Origin: Chloroflexota bacterium
GTDB lineage: Bacteria > Chloroflexota > UBA11872 > VXOZ01
DNA: 64,000 nt
Assembly: GCA_965220175.1 (NCBI GenBank)
Contig: OZ244814.1
Coordinates: 2,439,045-2,503,044, forward strand
Direction of reading: 5' to 3'
The translations under genes and the position numbers were made by a program. Shown here piece by piece: positions 1 to 9,002 of this stretch. Numbering within the stretch: position 1 is the first letter of the stretch; the number at the start of each line of letters is the position of its first letter. The notes below the pieces were generated by a model that saw only the letters and a program-made list of their open reading frames with translations, did no database searches and was not told the DNA's origin.

Positions 1-95
1 GCTGAGCAACTGGCGGCGGGTCATTGGCTTGACTTGAATGATGGAATCGGAGTATCCAAGCCTGTCAGTATCCGGCTCTCGAGCGTTCATAGACC

Positions 96-959
96 CTACG
101 TTCTACTCGGCAAGTGCTCTGTCTGTGTGCGAGGTTCTCTGATTACGTCAACCTCTGTCACACCGACAATCCGCAAGCCTATTTCCCGGACTCGGCGCAA
201 GTGGTCAGGCGTGGGGAAGTCGCCCTGAACGTGCGCCACACCCGTTGCAGCATCGATGCGCACGGCATGCAGGCGGCATTCGAAAAGGTAGGAATCATCC
301 TTCAACAAGCTAAAGAGCGCGGCCTCGCGCGCTAGCCACCTCATCGATTCACCTGCACTAGATCGCAACATAGGTAAGACAAGAGCTTCCCATGCCGATT
401 CGAACATCAACCCGGACAGAATCCAGGCGGGCGGAAATATCAGAAAGAATATGGGGGCAAAGCTTAGACTGTACCCGGCAGCGACGCTCACTGCGTGCAG
501 GGTAGCTGCAGCCAAAAGGGGTACGACAGCAAGAGCTATGACCGAATGCGGGCCCGGATGCGACGAGAAAAAGGAGCCGACCAGCAAATTCCAGGTTATC
601 TCCCGACGCACGCTCCAGCGACGAACCGCTCCCATGAGGGCGCCCAAGGCACCACTACTTAGGACAACAAACAAGAGTGTGACTACAGCCATCGGCGTGA
701 TGCCGCTAGCAGACGAGGAGAAAGCCGTAAAGCCTATCGTGCCGCGATTAAAGAGGATAGTAGCGACTATTCCAACGAATCCCAAGATAACAAGGGGAAT
801 ACACGGCACCAGCGCGCCGGCAGCAAAGCCAACCACCATTACGGTGCGCGCATCGACGACAGTGAGAACGGTGTCTGTGTCAAGCGTATCAGGCAGATCG
901 CTCGGCAACTGTGGCGCCAGCGGCCTCTCCGGCGGGACCATCGGGTTTTGACTTAACAC
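96..959 (-). CDS. Polytopic membrane protein of unknown function (paralog A), N-terminal ~6 TM helices plus C-terminal soluble domain
   Basis: 287-aa ORF with several hydrophobic helices. About 50% identical to the adjacent ORF 963..2060, sharing motifs NRGTI, GAVRRWSV, SSHPGP and a C-terminal LLKDDS..RIDxxTGVA.V.GDFxTPDHLRRVREIG. Its start lies 4 nt after the stop of paralog B, which suggests translational coupling. A YitT/DUF2179-like assignment is only a weak guess. Confidence 0.5.
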   Translation of the reverse strand: MLSQNPMVPPERPLAPQLPSDLPDTLDTDTVLTVVDARTVMVVGFAAGALVPCIPLVILGFVGIVATILFNRGTIGFTAFSSSASGITPMAVVTLLFVVLSSGALGALMGAVRRWSVRREITWNLLVGSFFSSHPGPHSVIALAVVPLLAAATLHAVSVAAGYSLSFAPIFFLIFPPAWILSGLMFESAWEALVLPMLRSSAGESMRWLAREAALFSLLKDDSYLFECRLHAVRIDAATGVAHVQGDFPTPDHLRRVREIGLRIVGVTEVDVIREPRTQTEHLPSRT

Positions 960-962
960 AGT

Positions 963-2060
963 CTATCCCTCCTTGGAATCGTGCCCTCCATTGCGGCTCG
1001 TACGGGGAGCGGTGCTTACGAGAACCTGCCAGAGGCTGCGCCCCACCCGCAGCATTTTGCGATGCGGCGCCAATCCTGCCAGCCCCGCCACCCGTTCTTG
1101 GGCCAGCACGCCTACTTGGTCTTCACCAGTGCTACTCAGTCTATCCGACTCTGCGGCCGTCCGCATTAGTTCTCTTTCAAGGAGAGTCAGACCCTCTGCC
1201 TCCACTGCGTTTACGCCGATTACGCGCTGGCCGATCTCTCTTACCCGGCGAAGGTGGTCCGGCGTGCGGAAGTCACCGCGGACATACGCGACGCCGGTTT
1301 CAGGATCAATGCGGACGGCATAGAGGCGGCAAGCAACGAGCTCTGAGTCGTCTTTCAAAAGGTGAACAAGGGCCGCCTCACGCTTGAGCCACGTAATGGG
1401 CTCACCTACGGCGAGTTGCAGGATCAAGAAGACGATGGGTTCCCATACCGTCTCGTACACGAAACCTGAAAGCGACCAAAAGGGGAACATGAAGAACAGC
1501 ACCGGAGCGACGCTGACCAGATAGCCGACTTCGAGGCTCAACAGATGGAGTGACGTGGCAATGAGGGTCGGCACAGCGATGAGGGCAAGTACCGTCTGCG
1601 GACCGGGATGGGATGAAAAATGGAAGCCGACAAGCAATTGCCACGTTACATTGCGTTGCACGCTCCAGCGGCGAACCGCTCCCATCGTGCCTCCCAGAAT
1701 ACTGCTACACAGGAAGAACAGCGTGAGGATTCGTGCCGCTGCCTCCAGGCTACCCGGCGCAAACACATACGACGTCGTCAAGTCGATGGTGCCGCGGTTG
1801 AGAAGAAACGTCCCAAAGAGGCCGGCAAAGATCAGGATAGCGAATGGAATGCACGGTACAATCGCGCCGGCAACGAAGCCGGTTACGATCGCGGTGCGCA
1901 GGGGGACGACCATGAAAACGGCGTCTGCGTAGCCGGCGTCCGGCAAGTCGTCGCGTTTGGGCGGCATCCGCATTGAACCGCCTCCTGCAAAAACAAAGGA
2001 GAGCCTCTGCGGATATCGTATCTTGACAATGCAAGGTGGTAAAGCAATCAGCTTGACCAC
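963..2060 (-). CDS. Polytopic membrane protein of unknown function (paralog B); C-terminal extension relative to paralog A; true start possibly internal (MRMPPKRDD)
   Basis: 365-aa ORF, tandem paralog of 96..959 with the same conserved motifs. It lies 39 nt downstream of htrA on the same strand. Confidence 0.5.
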   Translation of the reverse strand: MVKLIALPPCIVKIRYPQRLSFVFAGGGSMRMPPKRDDLPDAGYADAVFMVVPLRTAIVTGFVAGAIVPCIPFAILIFAGLFGTFLLNRGTIDLTTSYVFAPGSLEAAARILTLFFLCSSILGGTMGAVRRWSVQRNVTWQLLVGFHFSSHPGPQTVLALIAVPTLIATSLHLLSLEVGYLVSVAPVLFFMFPFWSLSGFVYETVWEPIVFLILQLAVGEPITWLKREAALVHLLKDDSELVACRLYAVRIDPETGVAYVRGDFRTPDHLRRVREIGQRVIGVNAVEAEGLTLLERELMRTAAESDRLSSTGEDQVGVLAQERVAGLAGLAPHRKMLRVGRSLWQVLVSTAPRTSRNGGHDSKEG

Positions 2061-2099
2061 CCTCGGCGCGAGCCCTGCGGATTCTGTTGCGTCTCTCGT

Positions 2100-3260
2100 T
2101 CAGCTATTCGGCCAAGCGGCGAGCGTCGCTGTGACTTCTAGAGTCTCGCCGCTGCGGTGCACCGTAAGCGTGATGGTGTCGCCAACGTCCTTTGACTGAA
2201 TGTAGGCTATGAGGTCGTCGGCGGTCTTTACTGAAATACCGTCAATTGCGGTAATGATATCCGCGTTGCGAGAGTTTCGTCCCGAGCCGCGGATGCCGGC
2301 TTTCGCTGCGGGGCTGCCGGGCGTGACGCCGAGAATCCAGACTCCGCGCTCGACGTCAAGATTCCGAGCGCGGGCTATCTGCGGTGTGACCGTCTCCATG
2401 CGTACGCCCAAGAACGCGCGGCGGATGTCTTCTCCTCTAATGAGTTGCGGCAATAGTTGCTGTACGAGGTTTGAGGGAATGCTTAGGCCAATGCCCTGAA
2501 ATCTCTCATTCGTGGTCTGAATAGCCGTGGTAATGCCAATCACCTCGCCATTGGCGTTGAGCAGCGGCCCGCCGGAATTGCCGGGGTTGATTTCAGTATC
2601 GCTCTGAATGAGTCCGCTGATCCGGCGACCTCTGCCGGGGTAGGCCCTTCCCACGGCACTCACAATGCCTGCAGTGATGCTGTGGCTAAAGCCATACGGC
2701 GCGCCAATGGCAAAGACCGGATCGCCCGGCTTTACCGCTGCCGAGTCGCCAAAGCGCGCTACAAGAATGCCGTCACGGGGTATATCCGCCCGAATGACGG
2801 CCAAGTCCGTCCCGGGATCCCGTCCAACGATGTCGGCGAAGAGCGAACTCCCGTCTAGCAACTGCACACGCACGCGGTCAGCTTCGCTCACAACGTGGTT
2901 GTTTGTGAGTATGTGGCCCTGGCCGTCAACAATGATGCCAGTGCCCGATCCAATGCCACCAGGCCGGTCTTCATCGAGGGTCCACACGGTAACAACGCTG
3001 GGAGCAACGGCTTGGTACACGGCAACTGCGCTTGCTTCTGACTCTGCCACGTAGGTAATCTGCGCAGTCTGTATAACCGGCGCTGGCTCTGTTTGGCCAT
3101 TGCGCAGAATCAGCCAGGCAGTGAAGCCGCCGGCAACGATCCCTGCCAGCATCGCGAGAACGACGCTGAGAAGCACAATGGAACCCAGCCCTCTGCCGCT
3201 AATACCATTGCCGCTTCCGTGGCCGTCAGGCGACTGCATTGAGTGCGAGGTCATTGCCAT
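2100..3260 (-). CDS. htrA: HtrA/DegP-family periplasmic serine protease with PDZ domain (PepD-like)
   Basis: 386 aa with an N-terminal TM anchor. Trypsin-like motifs are present (TNNHVV, catalytic GNSGGPL) plus a C-terminal PDZ region. A GGAGG RBS precedes the ATG. Confidence 0.9.
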   Translation of the reverse strand: MAMTSHSMQSPDGHGSGNGISGRGLGSIVLLSVVLAMLAGIVAGGFTAWLILRNGQTEPAPVIQTAQITYVAESEASAVAVYQAVAPSVVTVWTLDEDRPGGIGSGTGIIVDGQGHILTNNHVVSEADRVRVQLLDGSSLFADIVGRDPGTDLAVIRADIPRDGILVARFGDSAAVKPGDPVFAIGAPYGFSHSITAGIVSAVGRAYPGRGRRISGLIQSDTEINPGNSGGPLLNANGEVIGITTAIQTTNERFQGIGLSIPSNLVQQLLPQLIRGEDIRRAFLGVRMETVTPQIARARNLDVERGVWILGVTPGSPAAKAGIRGSGRNSRNADIITAIDGISVKTADDLIAYIQSKDVGDTITLTVHRSGETLEVTATLAAWPNS

Positions 3261-3362
3261 CGCCGCGCCTCCTTGCTAAGAATTCGCTTTAGTCTCAGTG
3301 TACTCCTATTGGCTAAGCAATTCCTGAAAAGAAGATAGTTCAGGCCGCTGGAATGCGCCGCC

Positions 3363-4883
3363 TTAGGTTTTCGTGTCATCGGACTGCTGACGCGTGGCGT
3401 GATCAAAGAGTGTGCCGTTTTCGCCGTCGGACTGCTCCGCAGTCTCGGCAGATACATCCAACTCATCCTCAAGGCCCGCCAAATTGCGGGGAAGCTTGAC
3501 CATCACCGTCGTTCCCTGTTCCGGCGCACTGGTTATGTCGAGTTCCGCGTTGTGCGCTTCGACGATCCATTTGGCAATAGAGAGACCTAACCCAAAACCA
3601 CCGGAATGCCGGGTCCTGTCTGCCTGGTAGAAGCGATCGAAAGCGCTGGCAATATCGGTCTCCCGCATGCCAATGCCAGTATCATTGACTGTGAGCCGCA
3701 CGAGTCGCAACTCGCTCGCGGTGCTTACCGTTACCGTACCGCCCGCCGGCGTATACTTGAGCGCATTGTCTAGAAGGATCAGAATCAACTGGCGGAGTAA
3801 GTCAGGGTCCCCCAGCACACAGACGTCTTCGTCTGACGCGTTCAGTTGCACTGCCACCATTGCGTTAAAGTAGGGTGCCTGGCGGCACACATCCGCGGCA
3901 ATGGCATTGAGGTCAACGCGCTCACGGCGCATGGTTTGGCCGGCGTCGGCGCGCGCCAGGGCGAGCATGTCCGATACCAAGCGGCTCATTCGTTCAGATT
4001 CCACGGCTATGTCGTTCAGAGCGGACTTTCGTTCCTCCTCCGACAGGTCGGGAATGTCCCGCAGCAGCGCCACGTTACCCCGAACAACCGTCAACGGTGT
4101 GCGGAGTTCGTGTGAGGCGTCGGCCACGAGCCGCCGCTGGGCGGCAAGCGCTTCTGCTACACGGGCATAGCTGCTTTGCAGTCGGTCCAACATGGTGTTG
4201 AATGTCTCGGCCAGGCGGTTCACTTCATCGTTTGCGCCCGCCTGCGGCACTCGCTTGCTGAGGTCTTGAGTCTGGCCGATCACTTGCGCGGCCTGCGCCA
4301 GGCGTTCCAGAGGCAGCAAGCCGGCATGCGCAATAAGGTAGGCAAGACCCATGGCCGCTACGATGCTCATGCCGCCGCCGACTAGAATTATCACGCGTAG
4401 TTGGCGCAAACTCGTCTCTACGTCGGTCAGCGAGCGCGCAACCTGCAATATGGCGCTCAACCGCCCCTGCACGACATAGGGCTGGTGATAGATACGCAGC
4501 GGGGTGCCGCGGACTGTTACCGTCTCAATGAAGGGCTGGCCCTGGCGGGCACGCTCCAGAATTTCATGACCGCTTGGGAGCTGCTCGTCGCTCAGATTCG
4601 TCGAACGCGAAAACACCGAACCGTCACTGCCGACAACCTGAACGAAAGTACCGGAGTGGGCAAACGCATCGCTAAACTCCGGGCGAAGCACAATCTGGAG
4701 ACCTTGCGCCGTGGGACGAGTCTGCGTGAATTGCAGCGCTTCGCGCGATTGAGTCTCGAGTGCTTGGTCGATTTCACCGTAGATCGCGCGAGTAATGAGG
4801 ATGTACGTAAGTACATAGTAAACAACGAGCGTAATCGCAAGTACGCTCCCTGCCAGGAACGTCAGTCTGAGACGCAGTGACAT
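3363..4883 (-). CDS. Two-component sensor histidine kinase (HAMP-HisKA-HATPase_c), MprB/CpxA-like
   Basis: 506 aa with two TM segments, an H-box (SHELRTPLT), and N/G boxes (DTGIGM, GGFGLGLSIAKWIVEAH). It lies 4 nt downstream of the response regulator. Confidence 0.9.
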   Translation of the reverse strand: MSLRLRLTFLAGSVLAITLVVYYVLTYILITRAIYGEIDQALETQSREALQFTQTRPTAQGLQIVLRPEFSDAFAHSGTFVQVVGSDGSVFSRSTNLSDEQLPSGHEILERARQGQPFIETVTVRGTPLRIYHQPYVVQGRLSAILQVARSLTDVETSLRQLRVIILVGGGMSIVAAMGLAYLIAHAGLLPLERLAQAAQVIGQTQDLSKRVPQAGANDEVNRLAETFNTMLDRLQSSYARVAEALAAQRRLVADASHELRTPLTVVRGNVALLRDIPDLSEEERKSALNDIAVESERMSRLVSDMLALARADAGQTMRRERVDLNAIAADVCRQAPYFNAMVAVQLNASDEDVCVLGDPDLLRQLILILLDNALKYTPAGGTVTVSTASELRLVRLTVNDTGIGMRETDIASAFDRFYQADRTRHSGGFGLGLSIAKWIVEAHNAELDITSAPEQGTTVMVKLPRNLAGLEDELDVSAETAEQSDGENGTLFDHATRQQSDDTKT

Positions 4884-4886
4884 ATC

Positions 4887-5555
4887 TCAGCTCTCGCGCA
4901 GGACGTATCCGACACCGCGTACGGTAAAGATAATGCGCGTACCACCGTCAGATTCCAGCTTCTGCCGCAAGTATCCGACGTAAACTTCGAGGACGTTCGA
5001 TTCCCCTTCAAAGTCGTAGCCCCATACTTTTTCCATTATGTAGTGACGTGGGAGCACGCGCCGTGGATTCTGCATGAAAAGAAGGAGTAATTCATACTCA
5101 GTTGCGGTCAGATCAAACGTCCGATTGCTACGCTGAGCACGCCTGCCCGCGGTGTCCAATGTTAGGTCGGCAAAATGGAGTACTTCATCATCCGGCGAGG
5201 TGCTCCGCCGCAAGAGGGCGCGAATGCGGGCGAATAGCTCTTCCAGCTCGAATGGCTTGACCAGGTAGTCATCCGCTCCGCTATCCAGACCGACCACACG
5301 ATCGGAAAGCTCGTCTTTAGCGGTGAGCATGAGGATAGGGACAGCGCTATCCTGCCGGATGCGCTTGCAGACACGCAGACCGTCGAGACCGGGCATGAGG
5401 ATGTCAAGGACGATCAAGTCCGGTTGGCTCTGCGACACGATTGAGAGGGCCTGAAAGCCGTCGTGCGCGACTTCTACCTCGTACCCTTGATGGGAGAGCG
5501 CTCTGTGAAGAAGTGCGGTGATTTTCTGGTCGTCGTCTACGACGAGGATTTGCAT
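4887..5555 (-). CDS. OmpR/PhoB-family response regulator (receiver plus winged helix), MprA-like
   Basis: 222 aa starting MQILVVDDDQ, with a phospho-acceptor Asp context (DLIVLDILMPGLDG) and a C-terminal wHTH (VRGVGY). A GGGAGAAGG RBS is present. Confidence 0.9.
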   Translation of the reverse strand: MQILVVDDDQKITALLHRALSHQGYEVEVAHDGFQALSIVSQSQPDLIVLDILMPGLDGLRVCKRIRQDSAVPILMLTAKDELSDRVVGLDSGADDYLVKPFELEELFARIRALLRRSTSPDDEVLHFADLTLDTAGRRAQRSNRTFDLTATEYELLLLFMQNPRRVLPRHYIMEKVWGYDFEGESNVLEVYVGYLRQKLESDGGTRIIFTVRGVGYVLRES

Positions 5556-5825
5556 ACCACCTTCTCCCGGATGGTGAAATCAGTCTGCGGCGCCAAGGCA
5601 CCGTAGATTCTCCATTGACGCACGGGCCTCTGTACCTCCTGATGTCTCTTGACCGCTCAATTGTACCGTAGGGGGAGTGTCACAGGCGCACCGATGCACT
5701 CCTCGGGCCGATAGGCCTGAAACGCCAACCGGAAGTACCAGACTTTCGACCGTGCTGTGCGCCTGGTGCGGCCGTTCAACTCATTCAAGCTGCCCGCGGT
5801 CCTTCCGGCAGACGTAGCCAAGACC

Positions 5826-6650
5826 TCAACGCGCCGGTACAGCATGCGTCTCGGTGTACGTACGCGGCTTCCTCAGCAACTCCAGAACGTCATCTGCCGT
5901 TGCGCGAGCCGTGCGGGACGGCGTGCCGTTCTCAGGACGTGAGACGCTTATGAGTTCGTACGGGGGCTCCAGCCAGAATGGCTTGATCTCGTGCCGCTTG
6001 TCTAGCGCGCGCCGCACGCCTTCCTTGATGAGCTTGCGCGCCTTGGTCGGGTGCAGATGGATAGCGGCACCGTTGAACTTTCTATTTTCATCTCCCGAGA
6101 TGCCAGCCGCCGGCCCGCGGAGAAGCCCAGCCTTTACGGCGGCAGTCTCAATGTTGGGCACGAGGGCCTTGGCCTCGTCAGCCGCCGCTTGATCGCCGCT
6201 CAGGAATATCGACGGCACGCCAAAATAGGAGGCAAAGAGAAAGTTGCAACCCATCTCGCCAACGGAAACACCGTTGATGGTAAGCTCCTCGCAATTGAAA
6301 GAGCCGGTGTGGGCGAGATGGCCGCCATCGGTGTTCGATTTGGCATGCTGTCCAATACTGAGCGCGGCGTCAAAGGTGTCGTCGCACCCAAACGGGTAGC
6401 CGATGGGCCGACCCGCCAGCAGCTTTGCTTCCGGATGAAGAAGCACGGGGTCAATGGCTTCGTGGCCGTGTCCGTCCACCACCAAGATTTCGGTGGCGCC
6501 GGCTTCCAGGCACGCCTCGATCGCAGCGTTTGTCTCCAGTGTAGTCAGTTCGCGGCCCCGTTCGTAGTAACGTGATGTCTTGGCGCAGTAGTTTTCTGAA
6601 TCGACAACGCCCGCAACCGCTTCCATATCCGTCATTATGTAAATCTTCAC
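5826..6650 (-). CDS. M55-family D-aminopeptidase (DppA-like)
   Basis: The N-terminus MKIYIMTDMEAVAGV matches the DppA signature MKIYISADIEG.AGV. Length is 274 aa, with a His/Asp/Glu-rich metal site (VVDGHGHE). Confidence 0.75.
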   Translation of the reverse strand: MKIYIMTDMEAVAGVVDSENYCAKTSRYYERGRELTTLETNAAIEACLEAGATEILVVDGHGHEAIDPVLLHPEAKLLAGRPIGYPFGCDDTFDAALSIGQHAKSNTDGGHLAHTGSFNCEELTINGVSVGEMGCNFLFASYFGVPSIFLSGDQAAADEAKALVPNIETAAVKAGLLRGPAAGISGDENRKFNGAAIHLHPTKARKLIKEGVRRALDKRHEIKPFWLEPPYELISVSRPENGTPSRTARATADDVLELLRKPRTYTETHAVPAR

Positions 6651-6818
6651 GTGTGCTCCTCCGCGCTGCTTCTACCAACAAGATATTCCAGTGATGACAA
6701 TGCAGCCAGTCCAGCATTCTCGCCCTAAGCCTATCAAAGAACTTCAACGGGTTCCACAGGTCAGCGGCACTCCCCAATTGGGTGCGCACAAACCCGGATC
6801 CCCACGCCGCCTACGTCA

Positions 6819-6857
6819 GTTCACGCCTTAACCAAGCCAGTTGGCTGAGGCGTGAAC
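6819..6857 (-). terminator. Near-perfect 39-nt palindrome (10-bp outer stem GTTCACGCCT/AGGCGTGAAC) 25 nt downstream of the aspS stop; candidate terminator or attenuator hairpin with no U-tract
   Basis: The inverted repeat is read directly from the sequence. Confidence 0.3.
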
Positions 6858-6881
6858 ATCATCCTAATCGGAGCCAAGCAG

Positions 6882-8666
6882 CTAGTCCTTGGGTTGGCGC
6901 AGTGCCAGGTGGACCTCTTCGAGCTGCGGCTCGCCAACCGGCGACGGTGCCTGCGTCATGAGGTCTACCGCCTGTTGGTTCTTGGGAAAGGCGATAGTCT
7001 CGCGGATGCTCTCGGCATCCGCGAAAATGGCGATCGTCCGATCAAGGCCCATGGCGATGCCGCCGTGCGGGGGCACGCCATAGGTGAACGCCTCGAGCAT
7101 GTGTCCGATTTGCTCGTCGATCTGCTCCTTGGTATAGCCCATAGTCAGCCAGATTTGCTCGAGCAAGTCACGCTTGTGCGCACGGACGCTGCCGCCGCCG
7201 ATCTCCCAGCCGTTGCACACCAAGTCATATTGCAGGGAGCGGGCGCTGCCCGGATCGGACGTGAGCAGGTGTTCGTCTTCCGGGAACGGCCCACAAAACG
7301 GGTTATGCACAAAGCTCCAACGGCTTTCGTCTTCATCCCACTCGAAGAGCGGGAAATCCACGAGCCAACAGAAGGCCAACGTGTCTGGATCACGGAGACC
7401 CAGCCGATCGCCAATCTCAAGGCGCAAGCGGGAGAGCACCGCGTTGGTAACGTCCGGTTGATCGGCCACGATCAACACAAGGTCGCCTGCTTGCGCTGAG
7501 AGCGCTTGTGCAATGCGCAGCGCCGTCTCCTCGCCGAGATGCTGCAGCACAGGTGAGCGCAGTCCATCGTCGTCAATGGCAATACTGACGAGCCCTTTGC
7601 CACCCAATGAGCGGACAAGCGTGGTAAACTCATCAACCTGCTTGCGTGAGTAGTGCGCGCACCCAGGGGCCAAGACGGCCTTGACGGACCCGCCCTTGGC
7701 AATCACGTCTTTGAAGACACGGAAATCCGAAACCTGTGCCAGGTTGGAAACGTCGACCAACTCCAGGCCAAAGCGCAAATCCGGCGTATCACAGCCGTAC
7801 TTCTCCATAGCCTCCGCAAAGGGTATGCGCGGAATGGGCCGAGAGAGGACGGACTTGTCACTCAGCGTGTCGGCAAGCTCCAGGTAGAGCCGCTCAATCA
7901 CGCCCATGACATCGTCTCTTTCCACGAACGACATCTCTACGTCAAGCTGCGTGAACTCGGGTTGGCGGTCGGCGCGCGGGTCTTCGTCACGAAAACAGCG
8001 CGCTATTTGGAAATAGCGGTCCATGCCGGAGACCATGAGCAGTTGCTTGAGCTGCTGGGGCGACTGCGGCAACGCGTAGAACCTGCCTGGATGCACGCGA
8101 CTGGGCACCAAATAGTCGCGGGCGCCTTCCGGAGTGCTCTTGAGGAGGATGGGCGTCTCAATCTCCCAAAAACCATCCGCATCCATGAAGTCACGGATGG
8201 CCTTTATCAGCCGGTGCCGCAGCTCCATCTTTCGTTGCATATCCACGCGGCGCAGGTCGAGATACCTATACCGCAAGCGGATGGCCTCATCCACCTCCAA
8301 CGCTGGATTGTTCAAGTCAAATGGCGGTGTCTGTGTTGCGGAGAGTACCTGAATGTCTGATACGTGCACTTCGATATCGCCGGTGGGCAAGTTGGCATTG
8401 CGCGTACCTTCCGGCCGCATTTGCACGGTGCCGGAGAGACTCAGCACGAATTCGTTGCGGACCTGCGCCACTGCCGTCTGCACATCTGCCGAGGCCTGCG
8501 GGTCTATGACAACCTGAGTAATGCCGTAGCGATCACGGACATCGATAAAGACGACGCCGCCATGGTCGCGGCGCCGGTGTACCCACCCGTTTAGTGTGAC
8601 GGCTTCCGCGACGTGTTCTTTCCGCAACGCGCCACACGTGTGGGTGCGTTTCCATTGTCTGCTCAC
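6882..8666 (-). CDS. aspS: Aspartate--tRNA ligase
   Basis: 594 aa with an N-terminal OB fold and class II aaRS motifs (FRDEDPRADRQPEFTQLDVEMSF; GGIAMGLDR). GTG start with an AGGAGCA RBS. Confidence 0.95.
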   Translation of the reverse strand: MSRQWKRTHTCGALRKEHVAEAVTLNGWVHRRRDHGGVVFIDVRDRYGITQVVIDPQASADVQTAVAQVRNEFVLSLSGTVQMRPEGTRNANLPTGDIEVHVSDIQVLSATQTPPFDLNNPALEVDEAIRLRYRYLDLRRVDMQRKMELRHRLIKAIRDFMDADGFWEIETPILLKSTPEGARDYLVPSRVHPGRFYALPQSPQQLKQLLMVSGMDRYFQIARCFRDEDPRADRQPEFTQLDVEMSFVERDDVMGVIERLYLELADTLSDKSVLSRPIPRIPFAEAMEKYGCDTPDLRFGLELVDVSNLAQVSDFRVFKDVIAKGGSVKAVLAPGCAHYSRKQVDEFTTLVRSLGGKGLVSIAIDDDGLRSPVLQHLGEETALRIAQALSAQAGDLVLIVADQPDVTNAVLSRLRLEIGDRLGLRDPDTLAFCWLVDFPLFEWDEDESRWSFVHNPFCGPFPEDEHLLTSDPGSARSLQYDLVCNGWEIGGGSVRAHKRDLLEQIWLTMGYTKEQIDEQIGHMLEAFTYGVPPHGGIAMGLDRTIAIFADAESIRETIAFPKNQQAVDLMTQAPSPVGEPQLEEVHLALRQPKD

Positions 8667-9002
8667 AAGAGTGTGCTCCTAGGAGTGATGGGGAAGTTGC
8701 CAGATGAAGCGGCAACCATTGAGAATCAATAGAGTCAACTGGTTCGCCTAACCGACCTACCTGAGAATAGGAATCTCGCCGGCACGACCTTCATTCTCGA
8801 TCTCACCGGATAGATGACGGTCCGATCTGTCGCAAGGGATCTGCGCCGGTTGAGACGTTGGTCAAGCGAAAGTGCCCGGTGGAAAGACCGGAAGTGCATT
8901 ACTGCCACTGCCCCGGTAGCGAGCGCTACAGGGCAAGATGATAGCAGCCTTTCTTTCACGTCTCATGTGGGCACCATGTGAAGGGTATGGCAAAGTAACT
9001 CT

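Noticed and set aside
451-1932. Plus-strand ORFs 451..951 and 1555..1932 that are also paralogous to each other
   Set aside because: They are antisense shadows of the two genuine minus-strand membrane-protein paralogs, and their Arg/Thr-rich low-complexity translation is typical of high-GC noise.
8667-9002. Possible T-box leader upstream of aspS
   Set aside because: I searched both orientations for the T-box core (GGGTGGNACCGCG) and a specifier/antiterminator arrangement and found none.
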